Source: Candidatus Avispirillum faecium (GTDB taxonomy: Bacteria; Bacillota; Clostridia; Oscillospirales; CAG-272). Taken from it: DNA of 64,000 nucleotides. The notes beneath the pieces were generated by a model. That model had not been told where the DNA came from. It made no database searches and was given only the letters and a program-made list of their open reading frames with translations. The position numbers were made by a program, and so were the translations under genes. Of this stretch, positions 7,346 through 17,693 are shown piece after piece (positions within the stretch are counted from its first letter, which is position 1; every line of letters begins with the position of its first letter). Location: the NCBI GenBank assembly GCA_904396155.1, contig CAJFOI010000004.1, forward strand, positions 6,485 to 70,484, given 5' to 3'.

Positions 7346-10096
7346 CTATCTGCGGTACAAAAGATTCTTGTGCATCCTTCCCCTTCCGGGCCTCCGGCTC
7401 AAAACAGAAAAAATCACTACCGTCGCCGCAGCCAGAATAACAACAATAAAATAGTAGACTGGATTTCCAGACAAGCGCTCTCCGGGTCCCTCCACCATCA
7501 GCTGCAGCTGCTGCGCAGTCTGTTCCATACTACAGATCTCCGCCTTGGATATTTCCAACCGGGCACCTTGCGCCCCACGCAGAATAACCGCTACGTATTC
7601 CACAGAAGCAGCGCTCGCAAAATCTTGCAAATCACAGGCTGCCACAATATCAGATTCTTCTCCTACATTCAGAGTATACTCCGCCCGGGAATCTCCACTG
7701 CCAAAAACAATGGATAAAGACGCGTTTTCTCCCACATCATACAACTGCAAGAAAAATGTCACACTGTCTCCGGTCAAATCCAACGGCCGCTCTAACCAGC
7801 ACAACAGGATTCCTGCCTCGTCGTCAGCAGTTTCCAGTTTCGCTTGCAGCACTCGGCCCGATCCATTCTCTGCACTTGTAGAAAAAATTCTTCCGAATCC
7901 TCCTCCGGCTACCCAGCCACCGACGTCGTAGGACGAAGTAAAATCCCATAAAGGATACGTACCCAGATATGCCTCTTCCTTGTTCTTTTCCGCCTCACGC
8001 TGCAGTAGCCCAGCGGAAGTATTTTCAAATATTGTCTCTTTGATTTCTTCAAACAATGCACTGGAAACGCTGACACGGGAAAGAGAGAGCACAACGCTCC
8101 GCAGTCCTGTCTGCGTAGCTTCCAGGCAAAGGGACTCATATAATGCGCTTATGTCCGTGTCGGTCCCTCCTTCAGGCTGCCAGAAAAGCATAGCGCCGTC
8201 ACAGACATGCCCACATCCAGACACGATGGAAGCAAGGCCAGATGCCTCCAAAACTGCGCCTTGGGGCAGCGGGCCGGTCTCATACAGAATCATGATGCTC
8301 CCAGCCTGACAACGGCTGAGCATTACGGAAAGTCTGGTTAAAAATACAGCGGGATCTGCAGCTAAAATACCTGCGAAATTCTCTTCATTCAATCGGCGCA
8401 CCGGTACGATGGTGACTGCCTGCGGATTGTTTTTCTGCACAACTGCAGAAAAGACTGCCGCAAGATTTGCAAAATCTTCCGTATTCTCCACATATTTTGT
8501 ATTTGCGCTTATTCCCAAAACAAAACCCGCGATCCCCTGGTACCGTTCCGATAGAAAAGCAGCCAGCGCACACAACTGCATCACACTTCCCTGATCTGCT
8601 GCCGTATAGGAAAAGTCCTCCTCATCCGACGTAAGAAAGCGCAAATATATCTGCGTTCCAGATGAACGGCAGAATTGAATCTGCATGTCCAACTCCTCAA
8701 TATAGGAACGATCCAGATAATAATGGGTATCTCCAGACGCATATAAAAGCGCCCCGTACACGTCTTCCCTTTCCAGCAGTCGGTCTGCATATACATCCAA
8801 TACCGCGCTGGTAACATTGGATTCAAAGATTCCCACCGTATCCGTCCCATGAATGCCGGTTACAGACGCATCGGGGGCAGTCATCGATGCCCCATTGTTC
8901 AAAAATACGGACGGTGCAATAGAGATCTTTTCTTCTCCGGATAGAATCATCACTCGATATTTGCAAAGGGAAGCCGGCTCCTCTGGCACAGCAGTAAGCT
9001 CAAACCGGGTGGAAATACTCATCGTAGCGGCAGGTTCTCCCTGCAAAGCCGCCTCCTCATCTTCCCAGACTGGTATAATATACAGCGCCAGTTCTCCGTT
9101 GATGTGCTCCACTACTTTATCTGACGAAATGGTTCCGCGCACCGTCACCACTTCCCCATCGGAACGGCAGGAAGTGATGCTTCCTTTCCCCTCAAAAGAA
9201 GAAACGCCGGCAGGATAGATCGCCGCCCCTGTAATGACAACGGGACTTTCCCGGGTTGCCGCCACACCTTCCAGGACATATTGCATGGCAACGGAAGCGT
9301 CTTCCAAAAAAAAGGCATACGTATGCTCCCCCGACAGAAGAGCCAGAGGCGTCGATTGCGATGTGCCCCGGACAGCGACAGTTCCCGAAGCATGCCCGCT
9401 TTGAATGCGCAGGCAGACTACTGCGCCGCCGCTGATGGGCTCTTCCGGTATATAATTGGGGTAAAACGCTGCGCTCCCCCCCTCTGTGGTAAAAAGAATG
9501 CAGTCCTCTTGTTCTTCCATCGTTCCGGACACGGGTGTGAATCCGGCACTCATAAATCGCTCCATATAGGCATAACTGAACCCAGCGTCACCAGAAACAG
9601 AACTGACCATAAAAGCGGCGATTGGCTCTCCCAGACGTGTCACCGTAAATGCCAATGCATCCACCATCCCCCGGGCCTGCTGGGGAATAGGAATATATAC
9701 CGTCCGTTCCGCTGTGCCGGATAGATACGTAGAAGCATTATAATACACGCCGCCCGAAAGAAACGAGACTGTAAACTGGCACTCCCCTCTTCCGCCCACA
9801 TGTATAGAAAGTGCCAGCTCACGAAAGGCAGAAAAATCCAACGGATCCGCAAAAGAAGCTGAAACAGAGAGGGTCTCCTCTTCCGTGCCCCGGGCAGATA
9901 CATACAGCGCCTCGCTCTCTCCCGCGGAATACGAGCTTACGCGCAAGACCGCTTCGCTGCCGGTCCAAAGGGAGGGATCTAATATATCCAAAGACACAGC
10001 GTCCGTATCAGCGGGCAATGCAGCCGCGGGCAATACAGCAATGTGCAAAAGCAGCAGCACAAGCAAAATGCCGGCCGCAGATCTGCGCTGCCTCAT
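7346..10096 (-). CDS. Large exported, C-terminally membrane-anchored protein (DUF5722-like central domain)
   Basis: 916-aa ORF; signal peptide, acidic beta-rich body, C-terminal TM plus basic tail; GGAGGG RBS. The family call is tentative. Confidence 0.7.
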   Translation of the reverse strand: MRQRRSAAGILLVLLLLHIAVLPAAALPADTDAVSLDILDPSLWTGSEAVLRVSSYSAGESEALYVSARGTEEETLSVSASFADPLDFSAFRELALSIHVGGRGECQFTVSFLSGGVYYNASTYLSGTAERTVYIPIPQQARGMVDALAFTVTRLGEPIAAFMVSSVSGDAGFSYAYMERFMSAGFTPVSGTMEEQEDCILFTTEGGSAAFYPNYIPEEPISGGAVVCLRIQSGHASGTVAVRGTSQSTPLALLSGEHTYAFFLEDASVAMQYVLEGVAATRESPVVITGAAIYPAGVSSFEGKGSITSCRSDGEVVTVRGTISSDKVVEHINGELALYIIPVWEDEEAALQGEPAATMSISTRFELTAVPEEPASLCKYRVMILSGEEKISIAPSVFLNNGASMTAPDASVTGIHGTDTVGIFESNVTSAVLDVYADRLLEREDVYGALLYASGDTHYYLDRSYIEELDMQIQFCRSSGTQIYLRFLTSDEEDFSYTAADQGSVMQLCALAAFLSERYQGIAGFVLGISANTKYVENTEDFANLAAVFSAVVQKNNPQAVTIVPVRRLNEENFAGILAADPAVFLTRLSVMLSRCQAGSIMILYETGPLPQGAVLEASGLASIVSGCGHVCDGAMLFWQPEGGTDTDISALYESLCLEATQTGLRSVVLSLSRVSVSSALFEEIKETIFENTSAGLLQREAEKNKEEAYLGTYPLWDFTSSYDVGGWVAGGGFGRIFSTSAENGSGRVLQAKLETADDEAGILLCWLERPLDLTGDSVTFFLQLYDVGENASLSIVFGSGDSRAEYTLNVGEESDIVAACDLQDFASAASVEYVAVILRGAQGARLEISKAEICSMEQTAQQLQLMVEGPGERLSGNPVYYFIVVILAAATVVIFSVLSRRPGRGRMHKNLLYRR

Positions 10097-10208
10097 ACGG
10101 AATCCCTCCTTGTTTTACAAATTTACAAAGATAGTATACCGTATTTTTACAAAAAAAGCAACTGTATATCTGCAGTGAGAACTGCGCTGCAAAACGGAGA
10201 CCCCATGC

Positions 10209-10237
10209 AAAAAAAACACCCCGGAAATCCGGGGTGT
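10209..10237 (-). terminator. Intrinsic terminator after rpsI
   Basis: ACACCCCGGA-AA-TCCGGGGTGT stem followed by a U-run on the minus strand. Confidence 0.8.
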
Positions 10238-10249
10238 ATCCTTGTAAAG

Positions 10250-10651
10250 TTATCTCTTGGAGAACTGGGAAGCGCGACGGGCTGCCTTGAGACCGTACTT
10301 CTTTCTTTCCTTCATTCTCGGGTCACGGGTCAAAAAGCCTGCCTTTTTCAAAGCGGGGCGGAAAGTCTCGTCTGCAAGGAGCAACGCCCGGGAAGCTCCG
10401 TGCCGAACTGCCCCTGCCTGACCGGAAAATCCGCCGCCCTTTACACTGGCAACAATATCAAACTTGCCTACAGTCCCAGTAACCTCAAAGGGCTGGCTAA
10501 TAATCAGCTTCATTGTTTCCAAGCCGAAATACTCGTCGATATCACGTCCATTGATGGTTATGCTGCCTGTTCCGGGATAAAGACGAACGCGGGCAACAGA
10601 ACTTTTTCTCCTGCCGGTACCATAAAAATACGGTTTTGCACTTGTATACAT
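10250..10651 (-). CDS. rpsI: 30S ribosomal protein S9
   Basis: [41 protein letters not shown]. Confidence 0.98.
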   Translation of the reverse strand: MYTSAKPYFYGTGRRKSSVARVRLYPGTGSITINGRDIDEYFGLETMKLIISQPFEVTGTVGKFDIVASVKGGGFSGQAGAVRHGASRALLLADETFRPALKKAGFLTRDPRMKERKKYGLKAARRASQFSKR

Positions 10652-10668
10652 CTTCGCTCATCCTCCTC

Positions 10669-11097
10669 TCAGATCTCGTAGGGAACAGGCTTCTGCGCCT
10701 GCTGCTTATGCGCCTCACCTGCGTACACCTTCAGACGCGTGATCGCTTTGGCGCCGATCGAATTGCGGGGAAGCATACCCTTGATCGCATGCTCCATTGC
10801 AAATTCCGGCTTGGTGGCCATCAAGGTCTTGTAGGAAATCTCCTTGAGCCCTCCCACATAACCGGAGTGCCGACGATAAAACTTGTGCTCCAATTTCTTT
10901 CCTGTAAGAACCGCTTTGCCCGCATTTACGATTACAACAAATTCGCCGCAATCCACATGAGGGGTAAACTCGGGGCGGTGTTTCCCGCGAAGGATCGTAG
11001 CCGCTGCTGCTGCGGTCTTACCGAGAGGCTTGCCTGCCGCATCGATAATATACCACTTGCGCTCTACGGTTTCCTTCTTTGCCATATAGGTAGACAT
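10669..11097 (-). CDS. rplM: 50S ribosomal protein L13
   Basis: [30 protein letters not shown]; start at MSTYMAK with GGAG RBS. Confidence 0.98.
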   Translation of the reverse strand: MSTYMAKKETVERKWYIIDAAGKPLGKTAAAAATILRGKHRPEFTPHVDCGEFVVIVNAGKAVLTGKKLEHKFYRRHSGYVGGLKEISYKTLMATKPEFAMEHAIKGMLPRNSIGAKAITRLKVYAGEAHKQQAQKPVPYEI

Positions 11098-11141
11098 AAG
11101 ATCTCCTCCGATTTGCAATTTGGTCATTTTCAACAAGCTGC

Positions 11142-11170
11142 ATTATAGCAAATATATGCAGGCATGTCAA
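11142..11170 (-). promoter_or_regulatory. Sigma-A promoter of rplM-rpsI with an AT-rich upstream tract
   Basis: TTGACA (11165-11170), 17 bp, TATAAT (11142-11147). Confidence 0.8.
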
Positions 11171-11303
11171 TAGATTTTATTAAAAAAAATTTATTTTTTT
11201 AATTTATTATTTGATTTTCTCTTGTTCTCTTTGAATTACTCGTGAAATCTCTCTTGTTCTTGTATGCAGGGAATAACCGTAGCCGCACAAAAAGCTGCTC
11301 CGG

Positions 11304-12374
11304 TTAAGACTTTTCCTGCAAATTGCGATTTTCCAAGCCTTCCAGATGCCTTCGCCGCAGCTGGCCACAGGAAGCGTCAATGTCGCTGCCCAGTCTGCGG
11401 CGAATGGTGGCGCTGATTCCCCGTTTTTCCAAATATGCGCAAAAAGCCCTTGCTCCCTCTCGCCGGGGAGCGGAAAGTCCCGTTTCCCGCACAGGATTGA
11501 GTAAAATCAAATTCACATGACAAGGTCCCCGCAAAGTCCGGCGCAGCCGGTCCGCCAGGGCAGCAGCATCCGCCAGTCGATCGTTTTCTCCGGCAATCAA
11601 CGTATATTCAAAGGAAACACGCCGCCCTGTCTTGTCAAAATAATACTGGCACGCCTGCAAAAGACTGTCGATGGGATACGTCTTGTTGACCGGCATGAGC
11701 TTGCTGCGTACACCGTCGTCCGAGGCATGCAAAGAGACAGACAGCGTCACCGGCAGTCCTTCTTCAGCCAGCCGGTAAATTTGCGGCACCAGACCACAGG
11801 TGGAAACGGAAATGTGCCGCAGTCCAATATTCAGCCCTTCCGTTTTCGACACAAGATGAAGAAAACGGACGGTGTTCTCATAATTGTCCAGCGGTTCCCC
11901 GATCCCCATCATCACGACACCGCCGATTCTCTCCCCGGTATCTCTGCCGATCACTGCAACCTGCCCCAAAATTTCTCCGGCCGTCAGATCCCGGCTGCGG
12001 CCCCGGAGTGTAGAAGCGCAAAAAGCACATCCCATCCGGCATCCTGCCTGGCAGGATACACACACAACGTTACCATGAGCATACCGCATAAATACACTTT
12101 CCACACACTCTCCGTCGATCATACTCACAAGATACTTGATCGTACCGTCCACTTTTGAAACCTGTTTTTGCACGATTTGGGGCAGCCGGTATATACACTC
12201 CGTCCGCAGCCTTTCCCGAAAAGAAGCCGGAAGATTGGCCATCTCCTCCAAAGGAACACCTTTTTGCATCCAGCCGTATAACTGCTGGCCGCGGAAGGCC
12301 GCCTCTCCCAAATCTTTTGCCAGGGTCTTTGCCTCCTCCAAGGTCATCCCCAGCAAATCCGGTTTTTCCGTCAC
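11304..12374 (-). CDS. rlmN: 23S rRNA/tRNA m2A methyltransferase RlmN (radical SAM)
   Basis: GCRMGCAFC motif, MMGIGEPL, DIDASCGQL; GTG start estimated. Confidence 0.95.
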   Translation of the reverse strand: MTEKPDLLGMTLEEAKTLAKDLGEAAFRGQQLYGWMQKGVPLEEMANLPASFRERLRTECIYRLPQIVQKQVSKVDGTIKYLVSMIDGECVESVFMRYAHGNVVCVSCQAGCRMGCAFCASTLRGRSRDLTAGEILGQVAVIGRDTGERIGGVVMMGIGEPLDNYENTVRFLHLVSKTEGLNIGLRHISVSTCGLVPQIYRLAEEGLPVTLSVSLHASDDGVRSKLMPVNKTYPIDSLLQACQYYFDKTGRRVSFEYTLIAGENDRLADAAALADRLRRTLRGPCHVNLILLNPVRETGLSAPRREGARAFCAYLEKRGISATIRRRLGSDIDASCGQLRRRHLEGLENRNLQEKS

Positions 12375-12381
12375 GTCTCCC

Positions 12382-13674
12382 TCACCTTCTCTGCATTCTG
12401 CAAATGTAGAATCCGTCCGTACCATGAATATGTGGCAGCAGCGTCAAGGAGCTTTGTACTTCTCCCTGAAAGGAAAACGGATATGGTGCAAATTCCGGGT
12501 ACGCCTTCAAAAACCGGTCTGTCACACCCGTATTTTCCTCGGGGTTCAAGGTACAGGTGGAATACACCAGCGTTCCCCCCGGCCGCACGTATGCAGCCGC
12601 CCCTACAAGCACATCATACTGTACCTGAGGCAGACGGGACATCGCATCCAAATCCTTGTATTTGATGTCCGGCTTTTTTCCGATCACACCCAGGCCGGAG
12701 CATGGCGCGTCGCACAGTACACGATCCGCTTTTCCGATCAGGGACTCCTTTGGGCTCCGTGCATCCCGCGCTTCCGTTTCCAATATAGACAGTCCAAGCT
12801 TCCTCGCTCCCCGCTCTATCAGGGAAAGCTTGTTTTTGTGAAGGTCAAAAGCATAAATCCTTCCCTGATCTTCCATGTCCATCGCCATGGCAAAACTCTT
12901 GCCTCCGGGAGCTGCGCAGACGTCCACCACAGTATCCCCGGGGCAAGCGCCCAAAACAGAGGCACACAAAGCAGACGCCTCGTCCTGCACAAACCAGTCA
13001 CCAGATTCTACACCTTCCAGCACGCCGTCAAAAGATGTAACTTTTACACACCCATTGCACAAATCGGATACCACACCGCCCAAGCGCCGCGCAGCATCCG
13101 ACGCCCCGACCCGCAGCGTGTTGATCCGCAGCGCCGGTTTCTCTTTTTCCAAAAAAGCTGCAAAAATTCTCTCTGTCGTGTCTTTACCAAACCAATCCAA
13201 AAACGCTGCGCAAAGCGGAGCCGGCACCGAATACCGCACCGACAGATCCTGCTTGTCCGCCCGATCCGGCAGAGATACCGCACAGCCGCCCCGGACAAAG
13301 GTACGCAACAGCGCATTGACAAAGCCCCTTCCCTTCGCCGGTGCCAGAGACACAGACTGAGACACGGCAGCATGCGGTGGAATCCGGTCCATATAGGCCA
13401 GCTGATAAAGCCCTATACGCAGCGCGCACAGCACCCCCTCGTCCAGTGTGGTCAACTGGCGACCGGAAAGCGTACCGATGATATAGTCCAAAGTAATCAG
13501 CCGTTCTGTAACCCCGTATACAAGTGCCGTATAAAGGCCCCGGTCTGCCTCAGACAACTGCATGCGGGAAAGCATTGTCCCCACTTCCAAATTGGTATAC
13601 TTCCCAGCCCGCATTTTACATAGGGAGGCATACGCAGCCCGCCGGCCGGGATTTACAGTTTTTATCTCGTCCAT
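12382..13674 (-). CDS. rsmB: 16S rRNA m5C967 methyltransferase RsmB
   Basis: NusB-like N-terminus, VQDEAS, DVCAAPGGKS, DAPCSGLG, YSTCT; start at MDEIK. Confidence 0.95.
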   Translation of the reverse strand: MDEIKTVNPGRRAAYASLCKMRAGKYTNLEVGTMLSRMQLSEADRGLYTALVYGVTERLITLDYIIGTLSGRQLTTLDEGVLCALRIGLYQLAYMDRIPPHAAVSQSVSLAPAKGRGFVNALLRTFVRGGCAVSLPDRADKQDLSVRYSVPAPLCAAFLDWFGKDTTERIFAAFLEKEKPALRINTLRVGASDAARRLGGVVSDLCNGCVKVTSFDGVLEGVESGDWFVQDEASALCASVLGACPGDTVVDVCAAPGGKSFAMAMDMEDQGRIYAFDLHKNKLSLIERGARKLGLSILETEARDARSPKESLIGKADRVLCDAPCSGLGVIGKKPDIKYKDLDAMSRLPQVQYDVLVGAAAYVRPGGTLVYSTCTLNPEENTGVTDRFLKAYPEFAPYPFSFQGEVQSSLTLLPHIHGTDGFYICRMQRR

Positions 13675-14606
13675 GCCAGCCGGTCTCCTGCCTGTATCCG
13701 TCTGCCCCGCACAAAATCGGCGGCACGCATTTTGCTTTTTCCTTCCGGAAGGACACCGGTAATCCATATTTTTTGCCCATCTCCGCAGGCCACATAAAAG
13801 CCCTCATCAGTAAGGTCTGTCACCGTTCCCGCCGCCGCACTGGAGGTTCCCTGCGCAGGCTTTGCAGACAAAACTTTCAATAACTTCCCATCAGGCGTCC
13901 TGGTCATCGCCAGCGGATACGGAAACAGCCCCCGAATCTGCCACAGGATGGCATTTGCATCCCTGGAAAAATCCAGTACGCAATCTGCCTTTTCAATCTT
14001 GGAGGCATAAGTCGCCTGTGTGTCGTCCTGCCGCACCGGCACCGCCTGACCCGTTTCCAGCAGCGGCAGCACCTGCACCAGCAGTTTTCCTGCCATTGCC
14101 GCAAGGCGGTCATGTACTGTTTCAAAAGTATCTTCTTCTGTAATAGGGGTCTTATCCCACAGAAGCATGTCTCCGGTGTCTATCCCCGTATCCATATACA
14201 TGATCGTGATGCCGGTCTCCGACGCTCCTTCCATAACGGCCCGCTGGATGGGCGCCGCCCCCCGATACTTCGGAAGCAGAGAACCATGTGCATTGATACA
14301 CCCAAGTCGTGGATAATCAAGAATATAAGACGGAAGAATCTTCCCATAGGCAACCACAATGATTACATCCGGATCCAACGCAGACAGAGTATCTGCAAAG
14401 GCCCCGTCCCGCAAAGTCTGGGGCTGATACACAGGGATTCCTCTCTCTTGGGCAAATACTTTCACCGGCGGTGGGATCATATGGTATCCCCTCCCCTTCG
14501 GTTTGTCCGGCTGCGTCACAACCGCCACCACCTGCTGCCCCGCCTCTACAAGACTTTGCAAACAGATCTGCGCAAAATCCGGTGTCCCCATAAAAAGAAT
14601 CCGCAT
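13662..14606 (-). CDS. fmt: Methionyl-tRNA formyltransferase
   Basis: MRILFMGTPDFA, INAHGSLLPKYRGAAPIQ. Confidence 0.97.
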   Translation of the reverse strand: MRILFMGTPDFAQICLQSLVEAGQQVVAVVTQPDKPKGRGYHMIPPPVKVFAQERGIPVYQPQTLRDGAFADTLSALDPDVIIVVAYGKILPSYILDYPRLGCINAHGSLLPKYRGAAPIQRAVMEGASETGITIMYMDTGIDTGDMLLWDKTPITEEDTFETVHDRLAAMAGKLLVQVLPLLETGQAVPVRQDDTQATYASKIEKADCVLDFSRDANAILWQIRGLFPYPLAMTRTPDGKLLKVLSAKPAQGTSSAAAGTVTDLTDEGFYVACGDGQKIWITGVLPEGKSKMRAADFVRGRRIQAGDRLAWTR

Positions 14607-14621
14607 ACTCCTGTCCTCACT

Positions 14622-15086
14622 TTATTCCTGCGTCTCGATTTTGCACTCTTCAGCGTGGTCGATGAACAAAATTCCATCCAAATGATCGATCTCGTGGCAG
14701 AATGCCCGAGCAGTCAATCCGCTTCCGCTCACCGTAAACAGATTTCCTTCCCGGTCCATTGCACGTACAGTGACATGCATCGGACGATCGGTATATCCCC
14801 ACCTGCCGGGTACGGACAAACATCCCTCCAATTCGTGCTGATGTCCGCTTTGCTCTATGATCTCCGGATTGATGAGTTCTATCATCTTATCATTTTCATC
14901 TACCACAATCACCACGCGTCTGCGCACTCCAACCTGGGGCGCTGCAAGCCCTGCACCATCTGCATATGCCAGCGTCTCACGCATATCGTCCAACAAAGTA
15001 AGAATGCGGGGCGTGATCTCTTCCACCGGTCTGCATTTTCCCCGCAAAACCGGATCCCCTACTTGTACAATATTTCGAATCGCCAT
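14622..15086 (-). CDS. def: Peptide deformylase
   Basis: GLAAPQVG, EGCLS, HEIDH motifs. Confidence 0.97.
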   Translation of the reverse strand: MAIRNIVQVGDPVLRGKCRPVEEITPRILTLLDDMRETLAYADGAGLAAPQVGVRRRVVIVVDENDKMIELINPEIIEQSGHQHELEGCLSVPGRWGYTDRPMHVTVRAMDREGNLFTVSGSGLTARAFCHEIDHLDGILFIDHAEECKIETQE

Positions 15087-15112
15087 CTCTTCCTTCTCCT
15101 CTTTTATGTAAA

Positions 15113-17626
15113 TCATAGACTGGAGGGATTCAAATCCGCACTGATGACAAGATTTTTGGTTCCCTTCTTACCAAAATCAACCAGCAGACTGCTGATCATT
15201 TTTCGTGCCAGCCTGTTCAACCTGCACTTTATCACCAAGCGCATCCTGCAAACATTCTGTACCCGATAGACAGGCGCCTCGAAAGGTCCAAACACTACGG
15301 CTGTCACCTCCGAATACGCCCCCTCAAGAAGTTCTTTCACTTTTTCTGAAAGCTTTGCAGCAGATGCGGCAAGAAGCGCCTCGTCACTGCTGCACAATGT
15401 GATTACAGCAAGATCGCAGAAGGGAGGAAAAGACAGCGCCTGCCGCAGGGGAAGCTCCCGCTCATAAAAGGATTTGTAGTCCTGCATTGCCGCCAGACGG
15501 ATTACCGGAGAATCCGGATTGCAGGTCTGTACCACCGCAACTCCCGGCTCGTCTGCACGCCCTGCCCGACCGATCGCCTGGGTCAACATCGCAAATGTGC
15601 GCTCCGCCGCTCGATAATCGTCCAGATAAAGACTACCGTCTGCATTCATAATGCCCACCAGTGTCACCTTTGGAAAATCGTGCCCCTTAGTGACCATCTG
15701 CGTTCCCAAAAGCACATCCGCGTCTCCCTTGCGAAAACTGTCCAGCAGTTCCTGGTGGGACATTTTCGTCTGTGTGGTGTCCATATCCATCCGCAGTACC
15801 CGCAGCCCGGGTACAAGCCGCTGGATCTCCTCCTGTGCCTGCTGCGTGCCGCAGCCCATAAACCGAAAATGTTCCGCTCCGCAGGACGGACATTTTTGCG
15901 GCACCGGCTCGCGGTGTCCACAATAATGACAAGACAGTCCTCCTCTCTGGCTGCGCCGGCGAAGATAATCCTCGGCATCCTCCGCCTCTCCAATGGGCGC
16001 ATGGGCGTGATATGTGAGAGATACGGAACAATTGGGGCACCGAATTGGCTCTCCGCATACTCGGCAGCTGACGGTACTGTTGTACCCACGGCGGTTCAAA
16101 AATACAATAGCCTGAGATTTCTTGTCCCGCACTTCCTGCAGCCGCTCCAAAAGAGCACTGCCGATATGTGAGGTATTGCCCACATCCGCTTCGCTGCGCA
16201 TATCGCTGACTACCACATCCGGCAAGTGGGCATTGCCGTAGCGTTGGGTCATTTCAATCAACGTATAATATCCCGACTTTGCCTTGTAATAGGAAAGCAT
16301 GGAGGGCGTCGCAGAGGAGAGAAGCATCAGAGCGCTATGCTGTCCGCAGCGGTATCGCGCCACATCGTGGGCGAGGTACTTGGGATCTGCATCCGATTTA
16401 TAGGTATGCTCCTGCTCCTCGTCTATGACGATCATGCCGATTTTGGGAAGCGGTGCAAAGATCGCACTGCGGGTGCCGATGACCACATCTGCCATTCCCC
16501 GGCGAATCCGCTTCCAAGTGTCATACCGTTCCCCGGCAGAAAGCCTGGAGTGAATCACCGCTACCCGGTCGCCGTAGCATCGGCAAAAGTACTGCACCAC
16601 CTGAGGCGTAAGAGAAATCTCCGGCACCAAAATGATCACCCCGCGTCTATCCTGCAAAACCCGGTCGACCATCTCCTTGATTACGCGGGTCTTGCCGCTG
16701 CCGGTCACACCGTGAAGCAGTGCCGCCGCCGTGCCGGAAGCATATAAGGCCTCCAGCTTTTCATATGCCGCCCGCTGCTCCTGGGACAGATCCCCGGCGT
16801 CTTCCATCGCCGTAAAGCCCTCCTCCATGGCATAGGGATTGCGAAAACTTTCCACCCGTTCCACCAGAACCATCTTCTTTTTTTCCAGAGCATCCAACTG
16901 TGCCCTGGCTCTGGCGCCGATATACTCAAACAATTCCTCTGCGCTGATCCTTCCTGTTTTAGACAGCGTCACAAGAATGCGCGCCTGAAGAGGACTTTTC
17001 ATTTTACTGGCTGTAACCATGTTTGCAAAGGGGTCCATCGCTGGAGAAACAAATGCATCATACCGATCGCCGGAGCGAATCCGAATCTTAGATTGACGGG
17101 TGATGATTCCCGCCTTCACCAAAGAGGCCGCCAGCGTCGCAGCCTCATCTCCAAACTTAGATTTCAGCTGCTGAGCAGACACCTGTCCTCTGGCCTTGAT
17201 ATAAGAATAAAAAATCAGTGCTTTTTCGGACAACTTCTTTAATTTTCTATCATAATCCCCTTCGGCGGCACTGTAATAATCGAGCATTTGAGACATAGCT
17301 GCTGCGGGAACAACCGTACGCACAGCCTCCCCAAAGGTACAAAGGGTGTAGTCACACAGAAAACGGCAGATCCCAAGCATTTCCCGGTCCAGCAAAGGCG
17401 TGTCTCCCAGCACGGATACAATAGGCTTTGTATCCTCAAACTCGGAAAATCCGCATACCTCTGTGACAACAGCGCGGGCCTGTCGATTTCCACGCCCGAA
17501 AGGCACACTAACAAGGCTTCCCGGAAAAATCTGCCCGGAAAGATTGGAAGGGATGTAATATTCGTAACTGCGATCCACATGATATGGCACATCCAAAACA
17601 TATACCCGGGCAAATTCCCTGACCAT
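15113..17626 (-). CDS. priA: Primosomal protein N' (PriA helicase)
   Basis: GVTGSGKT, DEEQE, SATPS, four CxxC pairs, GTQMVTKGHDF; start at MVREF with AAGGAG RBS. Confidence 0.96.
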   Translation of the reverse strand: MVREFARVYVLDVPYHVDRSYEYYIPSNLSGQIFPGSLVSVPFGRGNRQARAVVTEVCGFSEFEDTKPIVSVLGDTPLLDREMLGICRFLCDYTLCTFGEAVRTVVPAAAMSQMLDYYSAAEGDYDRKLKKLSEKALIFYSYIKARGQVSAQQLKSKFGDEAATLAASLVKAGIITRQSKIRIRSGDRYDAFVSPAMDPFANMVTASKMKSPLQARILVTLSKTGRISAEELFEYIGARARAQLDALEKKKMVLVERVESFRNPYAMEEGFTAMEDAGDLSQEQRAAYEKLEALYASGTAAALLHGVTGSGKTRVIKEMVDRVLQDRRGVIILVPEISLTPQVVQYFCRCYGDRVAVIHSRLSAGERYDTWKRIRRGMADVVIGTRSAIFAPLPKIGMIVIDEEQEHTYKSDADPKYLAHDVARYRCGQHSALMLLSSATPSMLSYYKAKSGYYTLIEMTQRYGNAHLPDVVVSDMRSEADVGNTSHIGSALLERLQEVRDKKSQAIVFLNRRGYNSTVSCRVCGEPIRCPNCSVSLTYHAHAPIGEAEDAEDYLRRRSQRGGLSCHYCGHREPVPQKCPSCGAEHFRFMGCGTQQAQEEIQRLVPGLRVLRMDMDTTQTKMSHQELLDSFRKGDADVLLGTQMVTKGHDFPKVTLVGIMNADGSLYLDDYRAAERTFAMLTQAIGRAGRADEPGVAVVQTCNPDSPVIRLAAMQDYKSFYERELPLRQALSFPPFCDLAVITLCSSDEALLAASAAKLSEKVKELLEGAYSEVTAVVFGPFEAPVYRVQNVCRMRLVIKCRLNRLARKMISSLLVDFGKKGTKNLVISADLNPSSL

Positions 17627-17693
17627 ACGCCACTCCTTCAAAGCCCATATACCAATACTGCCGCCGGAAACGGCGGCAGTCGTCATCAACCCA

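Noticed and set aside
12136-13623. 495-aa plus-strand ORF
   Set aside because: Antisense to rsmB/rlmN.
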